Positions 18,744-28,799 are shown, numbered from the whole stretch's first letter. The stretch is DNA of 61,221 nucleotides, filler included, from 7 parts of 7 records of this genome joined end to end with filler, not necessarily neighbours in it, one strand, 5' to 3'. Notes: generated by a model not told the origin, from the sequence alone. Made by a program: numbers and translations.

Positions 18744-20549
18744 ATGATGATGTCCTCAGCTCCTTTGCAAGTTTTGGCTTGGCCTGAGATCGGGCTCAAC
18801 ACGGAACGTGACCTTTATTGTCGGTTGGACGGTGGGGCGGCGCTTTCGATGGAAGCGCGAAAACTTGTCTTCATTCCTGGTGGCACTGCCCGTTTCAACA
18901 CTTACCATAACCTTTTCAATATCGGAAAATGGCATAAGTACTGCGCCTTGAATGATATTTCACTCAGGCTTTATGGATCGGGGACATTCGAACTGGTCGT
19001 ACATTTACTGTATCCCGACCATTCTTCGGAACGTCTGCACAATGAGATCATTACCCTAGAAGAGGGGGTCGAGCAGAGCTTTGCTTTGCAGGCCGATCAG
19101 GGGTTTAGAAACCGCGGTCTTTTGTTTTTTGAGCTGCACGCGCTCAGTGAAGGGTATTTGAAGGACGCACAATGGCATACAGACCAATCCCCGCAGCGGG
19201 TGCCCGAATTGATGCTGTCGATCACCACGTTCCGTCGGGAAGACGCTGTGCAAAGCACCGTGGACCGGTTTGAACGTTTTATCGACACGTCACCGCTCAA
19301 GGATCATATCCACCTGACTGTGGTCGATAATGGTCAGAGCGCTGAGCTGACTGCTTCGTCTCATGTGACACCGATCCCGAATGAAAACTTGGGGGGGGCT
19401 GGTGGCTTTACCCGGGGGCTTCTTGCTGCTCAGGCGCGCGGCGCCAGTCATTGCCTGTTCATGGATGACGATGCCTCAATCCATATGGAAGCCGTTGAAC
19501 GGACCTGGATGTTTCTGGCCTACGCAACTGACGACAGGGTGGCCGTTGCTGGAGCTTTGATGAATGCGCAGCATCGCTGGAAAATGTGGGAGAACGGCGC
19601 CCGCTTCAGCTATTTGTGTCACCCTCAATTTATCAATCTGGACCTGCGCAAATTTGAGCAGGTTACGCAGATGGAATTCGACAGCACCGCTGATAAACCT
19701 GACAATTTTTACGGGGGCTGGTGGTATTTCGCCTTTCCAGTGCACCATGTCGATCACCTGCCGTTTCCTTTCTTTGTGCGCGGTGACGATGTCAGCTTCT
19801 CGCTCCTCAATCACTTCAACACCGTTACCCTGCCTGGTGTGATCTGTTTTCAGAATGAGGATTTTTCTTCCAAAGAGTCTCCTCAAACTCTGTATTTGGA
19901 CCTGCGCGGGCATTTGGCTCACCATTTGGTGGCCCCCCAGTTGGACATTGGTCGCAAAGGTTTGATGAAGATTCTGGCTTGGTTTTTTGTGCGAAGCTTC
20001 CTGTCTTGCCATTATGAAACGCTCGCTGCGCTCAATTTGTCGTTGCGCGATGCGATTGAGGGACCTGAGTTCTTTCGCAAAAATGCAGACATGAGCCAGC
20101 GTCGGAATGACATTAAAGAGCTGATGAATTTAGAGACCTGGAAGGATTTGGAAGGGGAGCCCCCGATACAACGGCACCGGTTCGATCCAAACCGCCGCCT
20201 GCATCGGGTCCTGATGAAAATGACCTTGAATGGGCATTTGCTGCCATTCTTTGCTCGCTTTGGAAACCACATTGTTCTGCCTGCTGATATGCGTGGCCAC
20301 CGGCGGTCGATTTGGGGGGCAGCACAGATCACCTATGTCTCAAGCGATCGCAAAAAAGCGTATACGGTTGAGCATAACAAGACCCGCGCCTGGTCCGAGC
20401 TACGTCGCTATATTCGAGCGTCTCTGTATCTGCGGCGCAACTACGATAAAATTCAAGGCGACTGGCGTCGTGGTTACGAAGATCTGACAACTGGAACATT
20501 TTGGGCTGACGTCCTAAAAATTGATGCACAAGACAGCGGCATCAAGTGA
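18744..20549 (+). CDS. GT2 glycosyltransferase, GlfT2 (galactofuranosyltransferase)-like
   Basis: VVDNG, NENLGGAGGF, FMDDDA, GGWWYFAF, FFVRGDDVSF motifs. Confidence 0.75.
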   Translation: MMMSSAPLQVLAWPEIGLNTERDLYCRLDGGAALSMEARKLVFIPGGTARFNTYHNLFNIGKWHKYCALNDISLRLYGSGTFELVVHLLYPDHSSERLHNEIITLEEGVEQSFALQADQGFRNRGLLFFELHALSEGYLKDAQWHTDQSPQRVPELMLSITTFRREDAVQSTVDRFERFIDTSPLKDHIHLTVVDNGQSAELTASSHVTPIPNENLGGAGGFTRGLLAAQARGASHCLFMDDDASIHMEAVERTWMFLAYATDDRVAVAGALMNAQHRWKMWENGARFSYLCHPQFINLDLRKFEQVTQMEFDSTADKPDNFYGGWWYFAFPVHHVDHLPFPFFVRGDDVSFSLLNHFNTVTLPGVICFQNEDFSSKESPQTLYLDLRGHLAHHLVAPQLDIGRKGLMKILAWFFVRSFLSCHYETLAALNLSLRDAIEGPEFFRKNADMSQRRNDIKELMNLETWKDLEGEPPIQRHRFDPNRRLHRVLMKMTLNGHLLPFFARFGNHIVLPADMRGHRRSIWGAAQITYVSSDRKKAYTVEHNKTRAWSELRRYIRASLYLRRNYDKIQGDWRRGYEDLTTGTFWADVLKIDAQDSGIK

Positions 20550-20721
20550 AAGAAGCAAGATCTGAAGCTGATATCCTAGGGCTGTCAGCAGCGGATCAGG
20601 CTGCTTGCAGGAATGTGGCAAGCAGCCTATTTAGATGTAAAATTGTGAAACTAAACTGTGCTTTCCTTTTGCTACCAACGCGGTATTCCCGCACTATTTA
20701 GCGAACGGTTGTCACACTCAT

Positions 20722-21778
20722 TTGTTGTCGGAGAATTTAATGCAGATAGCGCAACAAGGGCAAATGTCCCCTTCTCGTACCGATGACTTCTTTGCTCCGG
20801 GTGCGATAAAGACGATGTTCTGGCGTCCTCGGTTCATCGTTGACTCGCCGAGCTTGCTGCATATCCCTTTTCTGTTTTGGGTGGTGAATGCCGTTAACCC
20901 TAGAAACTTAGCTGTCTGTGGTGTGAATGACGGGGTCTCGTACTTTGCGTTGTGCCAAGCGCTTGATAAATTGAATAGCAATGCCATCTGCTATGGATAT
21001 GGTCGCTGGGCCGATGCCAAGTCTGACGGCTTTCTTGTGCGGCCTCCCAAGGCTTTGCGGGACCACGCTGCCCAACTTTATGATGATATAGCTGAACTGG
21101 CGGTCTGTGCCGATGCTGCGGATGCTTGCGCCAAGATACAAACTCAAAACCTTGACTTTCTCTTGGTCGACTTGCTGCACACCAAGGGCAACGAAGAGCC
21201 AAATCTTGAGACATGGCTGGATTGTTTGAAGGCAAATGGTGTCTTGCTCTTGCATGGTGCCAAGGTGCGATCTGCCGAAGCCACGTTCCGTGCGCAATTG
21301 AACAGTGTTACAGAAAAATATACGAAAATTGAATTCCGTGCGGGGGCGGGGCTCACGCTTCTCTTCAAGGGGGATGATCTACCACCCCGACTGCAGGCGT
21401 TGCTGAAGATCTGTGTTGATGGGGATATCCCCAGAGAGATTGACCCTTTTTTCCGGCGCTTGGGTCAAGGATTAGAAGCTCAAGGCCAACAGATCACTCA
21501 AGGGGCCAAAAATGCTCAAATACAGAGATCTTTGAAAACAACACAAGAACAACAGCAGAAATCAAAACAGGAACTGTCACAGCTTCAATCTGCGTTTAAA
21601 GAGCGCAGCCAAAAATTGTCCGAGCTGCAAACGACGCTATTTGAAAGCGAAACAAATAAAACGCAGGCGCTGGAGACTCAAAAAACACTCCGAGCCAAGC
21701 TAGAAAAAGCGCAAACCGGGCAGCAGGATCTGGAAACACAGAGCCAGACCGACAAGGCGCAGGCGCTGGAGACTCAGA
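20722..21778 (+). CDS. Class I SAM-methyltransferase-like domain plus coiled-coil, truncated by contig end
   Basis: HIPFLFW...GVSYFALCQA...LLVD...GVLLLHG N-terminal domain followed by Q/E/K/L-rich heptads with an internal repeat. Confidence 0.6.
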
Positions 21779-21878
21779 NNNNNNNNNNNNNNNNNNNNNN
21801 NNNNNNNNNNNNNNNNNNNNNNTTAATTAATTAANNNNNNNNNNNNNNNNNNNNNNNNNNNNNNNNNNNNNNNNNNNN
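21779..21878. other. Artificial contig linker
   Basis: N44-TTAATTAATTAA-N44. Confidence 0.98.
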
Positions 21879-22125
21879 TTGGCCAAAATACTCCCGCCGG
21901 AGGCATCCTGCCCTCACAACCAGGCAAGCCGCCGAATGGTATCCGACACCGTCACCACACCCCCGTGGCAACGCGGTCCTTTGAGGCTCCCGGCGCAAGC
22001 CGGGGGGTGAGAAGGACCGCTCCCCGGTCGACGCCGCAAGGCGGCGAAACCGCGTCTTCATCTGCACGGGGGGTGTACAGGAGGTGTACAGCGGGTGCAC
22101 GCATGGCACGGCGGAAAACCGGGGG

Positions 22126-22935
22126 CTAAAGCCCCGCCGCTTTTGCGGCGTCCCAAAGCCCGTCCATCTCCTCGAGATCGCTTTCCGACGGCCGCTTTCC
22201 CCGCGCCGCCAACTCCCTCTCAATGAACCGAAACCGCCGCACGAACTTGGCATTCGCATCGCGCAGGGCGGTCTCGGCATCCACTTTCAGATGCCGCGCC
22301 AGATTGGCCATGACGAACAGCAGATCACCCATTTCCTCGGCAATCTTCTCTTGCGGCAGGCTGTCGCGCGCCTCGGCCAATTCGCGGGCCTCTTCCGAAA
22401 TCTTATCAACCACTTGCCCGATATGCGGCCAGTCAAACCCGACCCGCGCGGCGCGCTTTTGCAGCTTTTCGGCCCGCATCAGCGCGGGCAGGCCGATCGC
22501 CACGTCATCCAGCACTCCGCCGCGCGCCTTGGCGGCCCGTTCCGCGGCCTTGATCGTCTCCCAGTCCTGCGTTTGCTGCGCGGCCGACTTGTCCCGAGAC
22601 TGATCACCAAACACATGCGGATGGCGCGCGACCATCTTGTCCGACATCGTGTCGGCCACCTCCTGAAACGAAAAAAGTCCTTTTTCTTCAGCCATTTGTG
22701 CGTGAAAGACCGATTGAAACAGCAAATCCCCCAACTCGCCCTTCAACTCGCCCCAGGCCTCGCGCTCAATCGCGTCCGAGACCTCGTAGGCCTCTTCGAT
22801 CGTGTAGGGTGCGATGGTCGAGAAATCCTGCTCGATATCCCAGGGACAGCCCGTGTCCGGGTCGCGCAACCGGCGCATGATCTCCAGCAAACGGGGCATC
22901 CCGCCATGAGGATCGTTGATCAGCGCGTCGTCCAT
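22126..22935 (-). CDS. mazG: Nucleoside triphosphate pyrophosphohydrolase MazG
   Basis: LRDPDTGCPWD.EQ...EEAYEV...ELGDLL; second domain EEMGDLLF...NAKF.RRF. Confidence 0.96.
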   Translation of the reverse strand: MDDALINDPHGGMPRLLEIMRRLRDPDTGCPWDIEQDFSTIAPYTIEEAYEVSDAIEREAWGELKGELGDLLFQSVFHAQMAEEKGLFSFQEVADTMSDKMVARHPHVFGDQSRDKSAAQQTQDWETIKAAERAAKARGGVLDDVAIGLPALMRAEKLQKRAARVGFDWPHIGQVVDKISEEARELAEARDSLPQEKIAEEMGDLLFVMANLARHLKVDAETALRDANAKFVRRFRFIERELAARGKRPSESDLEEMDGLWDAAKAAGL

Positions 22936-23002
22936 TGCCGGGCCTCCGGTTTTCGGTCAGGGTGCCCCCGAATAACACCCATGAGCCCCGGAGAGTCCAC
23001 CC

Positions 23003-24166
23003 ATGCCAGTCCTCAACCGTATCGCAGGTTTCGCAGATGAGATGACCGGCTGGCGCCGTCACCTGCATGCCCATCCAGAGCTCGGCTTCGCCTGCCACGA
23101 CACCGCCGCTTTCGTGGTCGCCCGGCTTAAGGAGTTCGGCATCACCGAGATTCATACCGGCATCGCGGAATCCGGCGTCGTGGCGATCATCGACGGGCAG
23201 GGGGACGGGCCCACCATCGGGTTGCGCGCCGATATGGATGCGCTGCCGATAGAGGAAGAGACGGGGCTGGATTATGCGTCTGAAAACAAGGGCGTGATGC
23301 ATGCCTGTGGTCATGACGGGCATACGACGATGCTGCTTGGGGCGGCGAAATACCTGGCCGAGACGCGGAATTTCCGGGGCCGTGTGGCGCTGATCTTTCA
23401 GCCCGCAGAAGAGGATGGCGGCGGCGCGGGCGTGATGTGCCAGGAAGGCATCATGACCCGCTTCGACATTGGGCAAGTCTACGCGATCCACACCACCCCG
23501 TCGCTGCCGGTTGGCCATTTTCAAACCACGCCGGGGCCGATCATGGCCGCGGTGGACAGCTTCGATGTGAACATCAAGGGCAAGGGCGGGCACGGCGCCT
23601 ATCCGCATGACTGCGTCGATCCGGTGATTGCTGCCGTCCATATCGCGCAGGCGCTGCAAAGCATCGTGGCGCGCAACCACTACGCGCTTCAGGATCTGGT
23701 GGTCTCGGTCACGATGATCCACACCGGCACGGCCGAAAACATCATCCCTGACACCGCCTATCTGGGCGGCACGGTGCGGACCTTTGACCCAGACGTGCGC
23801 GACATGGTCGAGGCGCGAATGGGTGAGATCGTGGCCGGGCAGGGGGCGAGCTTCGGCGTCGAGGCAAAGCTGGATTATCGGCGCAGCTACCCGGCGACGG
23901 TGAACGACCCCGCAAAGACGGAGTTTGCCGTGGGCGTGGCAGAGGATATCGCGGGCAAGGATGCCGTCGATGGTAGTTCCTGGAAGGAAATGGGGGCCGA
24001 GGATTTCAGCTATATGCTGGAAGAACGGCCCGGCGCCTACCTGTTTCTGGGGCAGGGCGAGGCGGCGGGGCTGCACCACCCGGCGTTCAACTTTAACGAC
24101 GAGGCCGCGCCCTATGGCGCAAGCTTCTTCGCAAGGCTGGTGGAGCGGGCGCAGCCGCTTGGATAG
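23003..24166 (+). CDS. M20 aminoacylase family amidohydrolase (HipO-like)
   Basis: LHAHPELGF, LRADMDALP, MHACGHDGH, FQPAEE, MGAEDF, LHHP. Confidence 0.92.
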   Translation: MPVLNRIAGFADEMTGWRRHLHAHPELGFACHDTAAFVVARLKEFGITEIHTGIAESGVVAIIDGQGDGPTIGLRADMDALPIEEETGLDYASENKGVMHACGHDGHTTMLLGAAKYLAETRNFRGRVALIFQPAEEDGGGAGVMCQEGIMTRFDIGQVYAIHTTPSLPVGHFQTTPGPIMAAVDSFDVNIKGKGGHGAYPHDCVDPVIAAVHIAQALQSIVARNHYALQDLVVSVTMIHTGTAENIIPDTAYLGGTVRTFDPDVRDMVEARMGEIVAGQGASFGVEAKLDYRRSYPATVNDPAKTEFAVGVAEDIAGKDAVDGSSWKEMGAEDFSYMLEERPGAYLFLGQGEAAGLHHPAFNFNDEAAPYGASFFARLVERAQPLG

Positions 24167-24254
24167 CGGGTTGTGTGAGGCACGGTTCTGCCACCGATCA
24201 AATTGAGTGGGCTTCGCCCACGCTCTATTCTTTGATTGGCACGCCGGAGCGAGG

Positions 24255-24758
24255 TCAGTGCTTTTCAGCCCGCAGATAGCTGCGCATTCCATAAAGCAGG
24301 GGCGATCCGTCCGGGGCCACGCGCACCTCTCGCACCGCGCCGATGCAAATATGGTGGGTTCCGATCTTCTCTGCCGACACCAGTTCGCAGTCGAAGCTGA
24401 CGAGGGCCGTGTCCATCATCGGAGCGCCTGTCGGCCCGGGGCTGAACGGGGCGGCGTTGAACCGGTCGCCATCCGGCGCGGCCAGGCGGCCAGAAAAGGT
24501 ATCGGAGATCGCCTGTTGGTCGATCCTGAGCACATTGATGCAGAAGCAGCCGTTTTCCAGCAGCGGTGGCAGCGCCGATGACGCGGCGTTGAGGCAGACC
24601 AGCATTGTCGGAGCTTCGCCATCGGCGCTGACCGAGGTCATGGCGCTGACCGTAATGCCATGGCGGCCAGCAGGTCCATCGGTTGTGACAACGCTGACCG
24701 AGGCAGCGGCGCGGCTCATACCTTCCAGAAAGTGCTGGCGAAGCGTGCTGTCGGGCAT
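24255..24758 (-). CDS. Flavin reductase family protein (RutF/HpaC-like); start re-assigned to ATG 24758
   Basis: AGGAG RBS; F..GMSRAAASVSVVTT.G..G.T.SA..SVS, GTH.I.IG.V, PLLY. Confidence 0.88.
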   Translation of the reverse strand: MPDSTLRQHFLEGMSRAAASVSVVTTDGPAGRHGITVSAMTSVSADGEAPTMLVCLNAASSALPPLLENGCFCINVLRIDQQAISDTFSGRLAAPDGDRFNAAPFSPGPTGAPMMDTALVSFDCELVSAEKIGTHHICIGAVREVRVAPDGSPLLYGMRSYLRAEKH

Positions 24759-24886
24759 GGTGTGGCTCCTGTCAGGCGGGTCTATTCCCTTGATGTAGCG
24801 CGGGCTGGCCGGATGCAAGGCGGCATTGCCTTTTCCCGCCAGACAGGCTTTGCATTGGGCAAGACAGGACAGGAAAGGGGCCGCGT

Positions 24887-25858
24887 ATGGCGCTGGAAGA
24901 CGCAAAGAAGGACATCGACGGGGCGTTCACGCGGGCAGAGCTGAAGGGCCGGGCCTTTGAGAACACGTTTGGGGGTGCCACCAGTTTTCTGCGCAGGCGC
25001 TACACCAAGGATCTGGCAGGTGTGGATGTGGCCGTGACCGGAGTGCCCTTCGATCAGGCAGTGACCAACCGGCCCGGCACGCGGCTTGGCCCCCGCGCGA
25101 TCCGCGAGGCGAGCGCACTTCAGGTCTATGATCCGCCCTATGGGTGGGACGGCTATTGCCCGCTGACGAGTCTGGCCATCGCTGATTATGGCGATCTGGC
25201 CTTCGACTATGCCAATCCGGGCGATTTCCCCAAGGTGCTGGAAGAGCATGCCGAGGGTATCCTGAGCCAGGGCGCGGCGATGCTGACGCTTGGGGGCGAT
25301 CACTCGATAACATTGCCGCTTTTGCGGGCGCATGCCAAGAAACACGGGCCCCTCGCGCTTGTGCAATTCGATGCCCATACAGACACCTGGCCCGATGATG
25401 ACCCGGCCCGCGTCGATCACGGCACCTTTGCCTACAAGGCGGTGAAGGAGGGGCTGATCGATGTGGCGCATTCGGTTCATGTCGGCATTCGCACCGTGGT
25501 GGAGGACAATCTCGGGATCGAGATCCTCGACGCGCGCAGGGTGCATGAACAGGGCCCGCAAGCCATTGCCGCGCGAGTGAAAGAGATCGTCGGCGATGCG
25601 CCGGTTTATCTCAGCTTCGACATTGATTGCCTCGATCCCGCCTACGCACCCGGCACAGGAACGCCGGTCTGGGGCGGGCTGACCTCGGCGCAGGCGGCAA
25701 TCATCCTGCGCGACATCGCCGGGATCAACCTTGTGGGCGGCGATGTGGTCGAGGTTTCGCCCCCGTTCGACACGGCCCAGATCACCGCCGTGGCGGGTGC
25801 GCATGTGGCGATGGAACTATTGTGCCTGTGGGGGTGGGTGCGGCGAGACCTGTCATAA
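24887..25858 (+). CDS. speB: Agmatinase (ureohydrolase family)
   Basis: GVPFD, RPGTRLGPRAIR, LGGDHS, DAHTD, SFDIDCLDPAYAPGTGTP, DVVEVSP. Confidence 0.88.
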   Translation: MALEDAKKDIDGAFTRAELKGRAFENTFGGATSFLRRRYTKDLAGVDVAVTGVPFDQAVTNRPGTRLGPRAIREASALQVYDPPYGWDGYCPLTSLAIADYGDLAFDYANPGDFPKVLEEHAEGILSQGAAMLTLGGDHSITLPLLRAHAKKHGPLALVQFDAHTDTWPDDDPARVDHGTFAYKAVKEGLIDVAHSVHVGIRTVVEDNLGIEILDARRVHEQGPQAIAARVKEIVGDAPVYLSFDIDCLDPAYAPGTGTPVWGGLTSAQAAIILRDIAGINLVGGDVVEVSPPFDTAQITAVAGAHVAMELLCLWGWVRRDLS

Positions 25859-25914
25859 AACTGTGACAGTGAAACACTGGCGAGAATCGCGAAGGGGGCG
25901 TATCTGGAAGCCAG

Positions 25915-26850
25915 ATGCACCCTCGTGACAGCACCATGACACGCAAGCGACATTCCAAAGAAGACAGGCAGATTGCGCGCGAAATCTCGTATGCGCATTC
26001 TGCGCGCACCAAGGGCGGGCGGGTCATGATCCGCGCGATGGAAAACACCACGGGCCGCATCAAGCTGATCCGTACCGCTCAGGGCTATGAACATGAAGTC
26101 GCGGCGGGGCGGGATTTCTGGCAGGTGATGGTCGAGCGCTATGGTCTGACGTTGGATGTCGTGGGCGGCAGCCTGGACAACATTCCCCGCGACGGGCCGG
26201 TCATAGCGATTGCGAACCACCCCTACGGCATTCTGGACGGCCTGATGCTCGGGAATATCCTGTCCGTCGCGCGCGGCGATTTCCGGATTCTGGCGCATCG
26301 GATTTTCCGCAAGGCCGAGGATCTGGAGCGGGTCATTCTGCCGATCTCCTTCGATGAGACGAAAGAGGCGGTGGCGCTCAATATCCAGACCCGCAAGACG
26401 GCACTGCGTTATCTGTCTGAAGGGGGCGCCATCGGCATTTTCCCCGGCGGCACCGTCTCCACGGCGCACAAGCCTTTCGGGCGGCCAATGGACCCCTATT
26501 GGCGCGGCTTCACGGCAAGGATGATCACCAAGTCAGAGGCCACCGTGGTGCCGATCTTCTTCGAGGGTCACACCAGCCGACTGTTCCAACTGGCCAGCCA
26601 CCTGCACAACACGCTGCGCATGGGTCTGTTGATCAAGGAGTTCCGCAAACGGGTGAATACGCCGGTGCGCGTGGTGATCGGCGCGCCCATTCCGCGGGCG
26701 GAGCTTGACCGTTTCGCGGGCGATACGCGGGCGATGATGGACTTCCTGCGGCAATCGACCTACCAATTGTCGCCAACACCCATAAACCCGGCTGAAATCG
26801 GGTTCGAATTCGAGGAAAAGCACAAGCGAAATGGCAGTCGGGATCTTTGA
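25915..26850 (+). CDS. Lysophospholipid acyltransferase family protein
   Basis: ANHPYGILD (HxxxxD) and IFPGG motifs; start may be 25936; overlaps the murI start. Confidence 0.85.
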   Translation: MHPRDSTMTRKRHSKEDRQIAREISYAHSARTKGGRVMIRAMENTTGRIKLIRTAQGYEHEVAAGRDFWQVMVERYGLTLDVVGGSLDNIPRDGPVIAIANHPYGILDGLMLGNILSVARGDFRILAHRIFRKAEDLERVILPISFDETKEAVALNIQTRKTALRYLSEGGAIGIFPGGTVSTAHKPFGRPMDPYWRGFTARMITKSEATVVPIFFEGHTSRLFQLASHLHNTLRMGLLIKEFRKRVNTPVRVVIGAPIPRAELDRFAGDTRAMMDFLRQSTYQLSPTPINPAEIGFEFEEKHKRNGSRDL

Positions 26851-27643
26851 CAGTGGCTTGGGCGGGTTGACGGTGCTGGATGCCGTCGCCAGACGCCTGC
26901 CGGATGTGCCCTTTGTCTATTACGGCGACAACGCCCATGCGCCCTATGGCGTGCGCGACGCCGATGATGTGTATGAGCTGACGACAGCGGGCGTGCAGCG
27001 CCTGTTCGATGCCGGTTGCGATCTGGTGATTCTGGCCTGCAACACCGCAAGCGCGGCCGCGCTGCGCCGGATGCAGGAATCCTGGGTGCCCAAGGACAAA
27101 CGGGTTCTGGGAGTCTTTGTACCGTTGATCGAAGCGCTGACCGAACGGCAATGGGGCGACAACTCCCCGCCGCGCGAGGTTGCGGTGAAACATGTGGCAC
27201 TGTTTGCGACGCCAGCCACTGTCAGCAGTCGTGCATTCCAGCGGGAACTGGCCTTCCGCGCCATCGGTGTGGATGTCGAGGCGCAGCCCTGCGGCGGCGT
27301 GGTCGACGCGATCGAGGATGGCGACATGATCCTTGCCGAAGCGCTGGTGCGCAGCCATGTGGAGGCGCTGCAAAGGAGGATGCCAAAGCCAGAGGCGGCG
27401 ATCCTCGGATGCACCCATTACCCGCTGATGGAAGAGATATTCCAGGATGCGCTTGGCCCGCAGGTTGCGGTCTACAGCCAGGCCAATCTGGTCGCCGAAA
27501 GTCTTGCCGATTATCTGGAACGACACCCCGACAAGATGGGGCCGGGGGCAGACCCCGCGTTTCTGACCACCGGCGATCCGGCGCGGGTGTCGAACAAGGC
27601 GACCCAGTTCCTGCGCCGCAGGATCGAATTTGTCAAAGCCTGA
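26831..27643 (+). CDS. murI: Glutamate racemase
   Basis: [30 protein letters not shown]. Confidence 0.96.
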   Translation: MAVGIFDSGLGGLTVLDAVARRLPDVPFVYYGDNAHAPYGVRDADDVYELTTAGVQRLFDAGCDLVILACNTASAAALRRMQESWVPKDKRVLGVFVPLIEALTERQWGDNSPPREVAVKHVALFATPATVSSRAFQRELAFRAIGVDVEAQPCGGVVDAIEDGDMILAEALVRSHVEALQRRMPKPEAAILGCTHYPLMEEIFQDALGPQVAVYSQANLVAESLADYLERHPDKMGPGADPAFLTTGDPARVSNKATQFLRRRIEFVKA

Positions 27644-27724
27644 GGCAACCTGTCATGGGGCACGCCTCTCGACGCGGGGCGGGTCCGGTCCTATCTGAGA
27701 GACAGGCGGAGGCGGAGGAAAGAC

Positions 27725-28195
27725 ATGCGTGGATTGAAGAAACAACGCCGGATCCAGGTGATCATCGTAGCAACGATTGCGCTGGCGGTGTCGGCGGGGC
27801 TGATCGGCTATGGGCTGCGCGATGGCATCAACTTTTTCCGCACACCCTCGGAAGTGGCGGAAACGCCACCGCCGCCGGGCGAAGTGTTCCGCATTGGCGG
27901 CCTCGTTCTGGAAGGCACGCTTGTGCAGGACGAGGGGCTTGATTTCACCTTTACCGTGACCGATGGCGGCGCCGATATCCCGGTGCGCTATGTCGGCAAC
28001 GATGCCCCGCCTGACCTGTTCGGCGAGGGACAGGGCACCGTGGCAACCGGAACGTATGAAGACGGCGTCTTTCTGGCGACCGAGCTTTTGGCCCGCCATG
28101 ACGAGACCTATATGCCTGCCGAGGTGATCGACGCGCTGGAAGCGCAGGGGGTCTACCGGCAGGCAGAGGACGAGGAGAACGCGCCGAGCTATTGA
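27725..28195 (+). CDS. ccmE: Cytochrome c maturation haem chaperone CcmE
   Basis: N-terminal TM helix, RIGGLV, PDLF.EGQG.V, LARHDETYMP (haem-binding His). Confidence 0.95.
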   Translation: MRGLKKQRRIQVIIVATIALAVSAGLIGYGLRDGINFFRTPSEVAETPPPPGEVFRIGGLVLEGTLVQDEGLDFTFTVTDGGADIPVRYVGNDAPPDLFGEGQGTVATGTYEDGVFLATELLARHDETYMPAEVIDALEAQGVYRQAEDEENAPSY

Positions 28196-28237
28196 CGGCG
28201 GGCGCCTCTCCTCAAGCCCCCTTCGGGAGCCTTCGTC

Positions 28238-28337
28238 NNNNNNNNNNNNNNNNNNNNNNNNNNNNNNNNNNNNNNNNNNNNTTAATTAATTAANNNNNNN
28301 NNNNNNNNNNNNNNNNNNNNNNNNNNNNNNNNNNNNN
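28238..28337. other. Artificial contig linker
   Basis: N44-TTAATTAATTAA-N44. Confidence 0.98.
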
Positions 28338-28365
28338 CGCGGTTCGAGTCCGTGTGGGGGCACCA
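28338..28365 (+). tRNA. 3' portion of a tRNA (T-arm + acceptor strand + ACCA), probably tRNA-Thr; truncated, or an att duplicate
   Basis: CGCGG-TTCGAGT-CCGTG-TGGGGGC-ACCA resembles my recollection of alphaproteobacterial tRNA-Thr(UGU); the anticodon is not in the window. Confidence 0.75.
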
Positions 28366-28659
28366 TTAAAATCAATGGGTTAGTGGTGAAATATCCTAAG
28401 GTATTCAGCTTGGGGTGCCATATGGGTGCCAAATATCCGTGACTGAAGGCTCGTTGCTTGAACTGATTCTGTACTTAGCCCTTTGAGCTCGTGCCCTTAA
28501 GCGCCGCCATGATGCCAACTAGCCGGGGTTACTTGGCCCTTTTGTCAGCCAAATCGCTACGTTCACCAAGGGGGCACCCCCCCTAATTCAGCCCCCCTGC
28601 GCGTCAGAAAGGCCCTTGTTTGATAGGTCCGCTATAAATTCGTTTTCTAATTTCGTTTG

Positions 28660-28785
28660 GGTCCAAGGTCCGAGGCACTCTGGCAAATGTCTTCGGATCG
28701 AGGTGCTCTGTTCACGGTGACCGGTTCGAGGAGCGCGGGCCTTGGACTTTGGTCCTTGGTTAGCTGTGGACGGACTAGGGTACTT
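28660..28785 (+). repeat. Degenerate heptamer array, 18 units of (G/T)GNNNNN
   Basis: ggtccaa ggtccga ggcactc tggcaaa tgtcttc ggatcga ggtgctc tgttcac ggtgacc ggttcga ggagcgc gggcctt ggacttt ggtcctt ggttagc tgtggac ggactag ggtactt; G at position 2 in 18/18 units and GG in 14/18. Confidence 0.8.
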
Positions 28786-28799
28786 TCGCGAAACGCCCC

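Noticed and set aside
22126-22935. mazG as an abortive-infection or toxin-antitoxin component
   Set aside because: Two-domain housekeeping MazG in a core metabolic neighbourhood with no toxin or defence partner.
22084-27942. Long antisense or overlapping ORFs (e.g. 22084-23040, 22766-24292, 24782-25804, 26633-27526, 27016-27942)
   Set aside because: Shadow ORFs of high-GC genes; each overlaps a well-recognised protein and has no motifs of its own.
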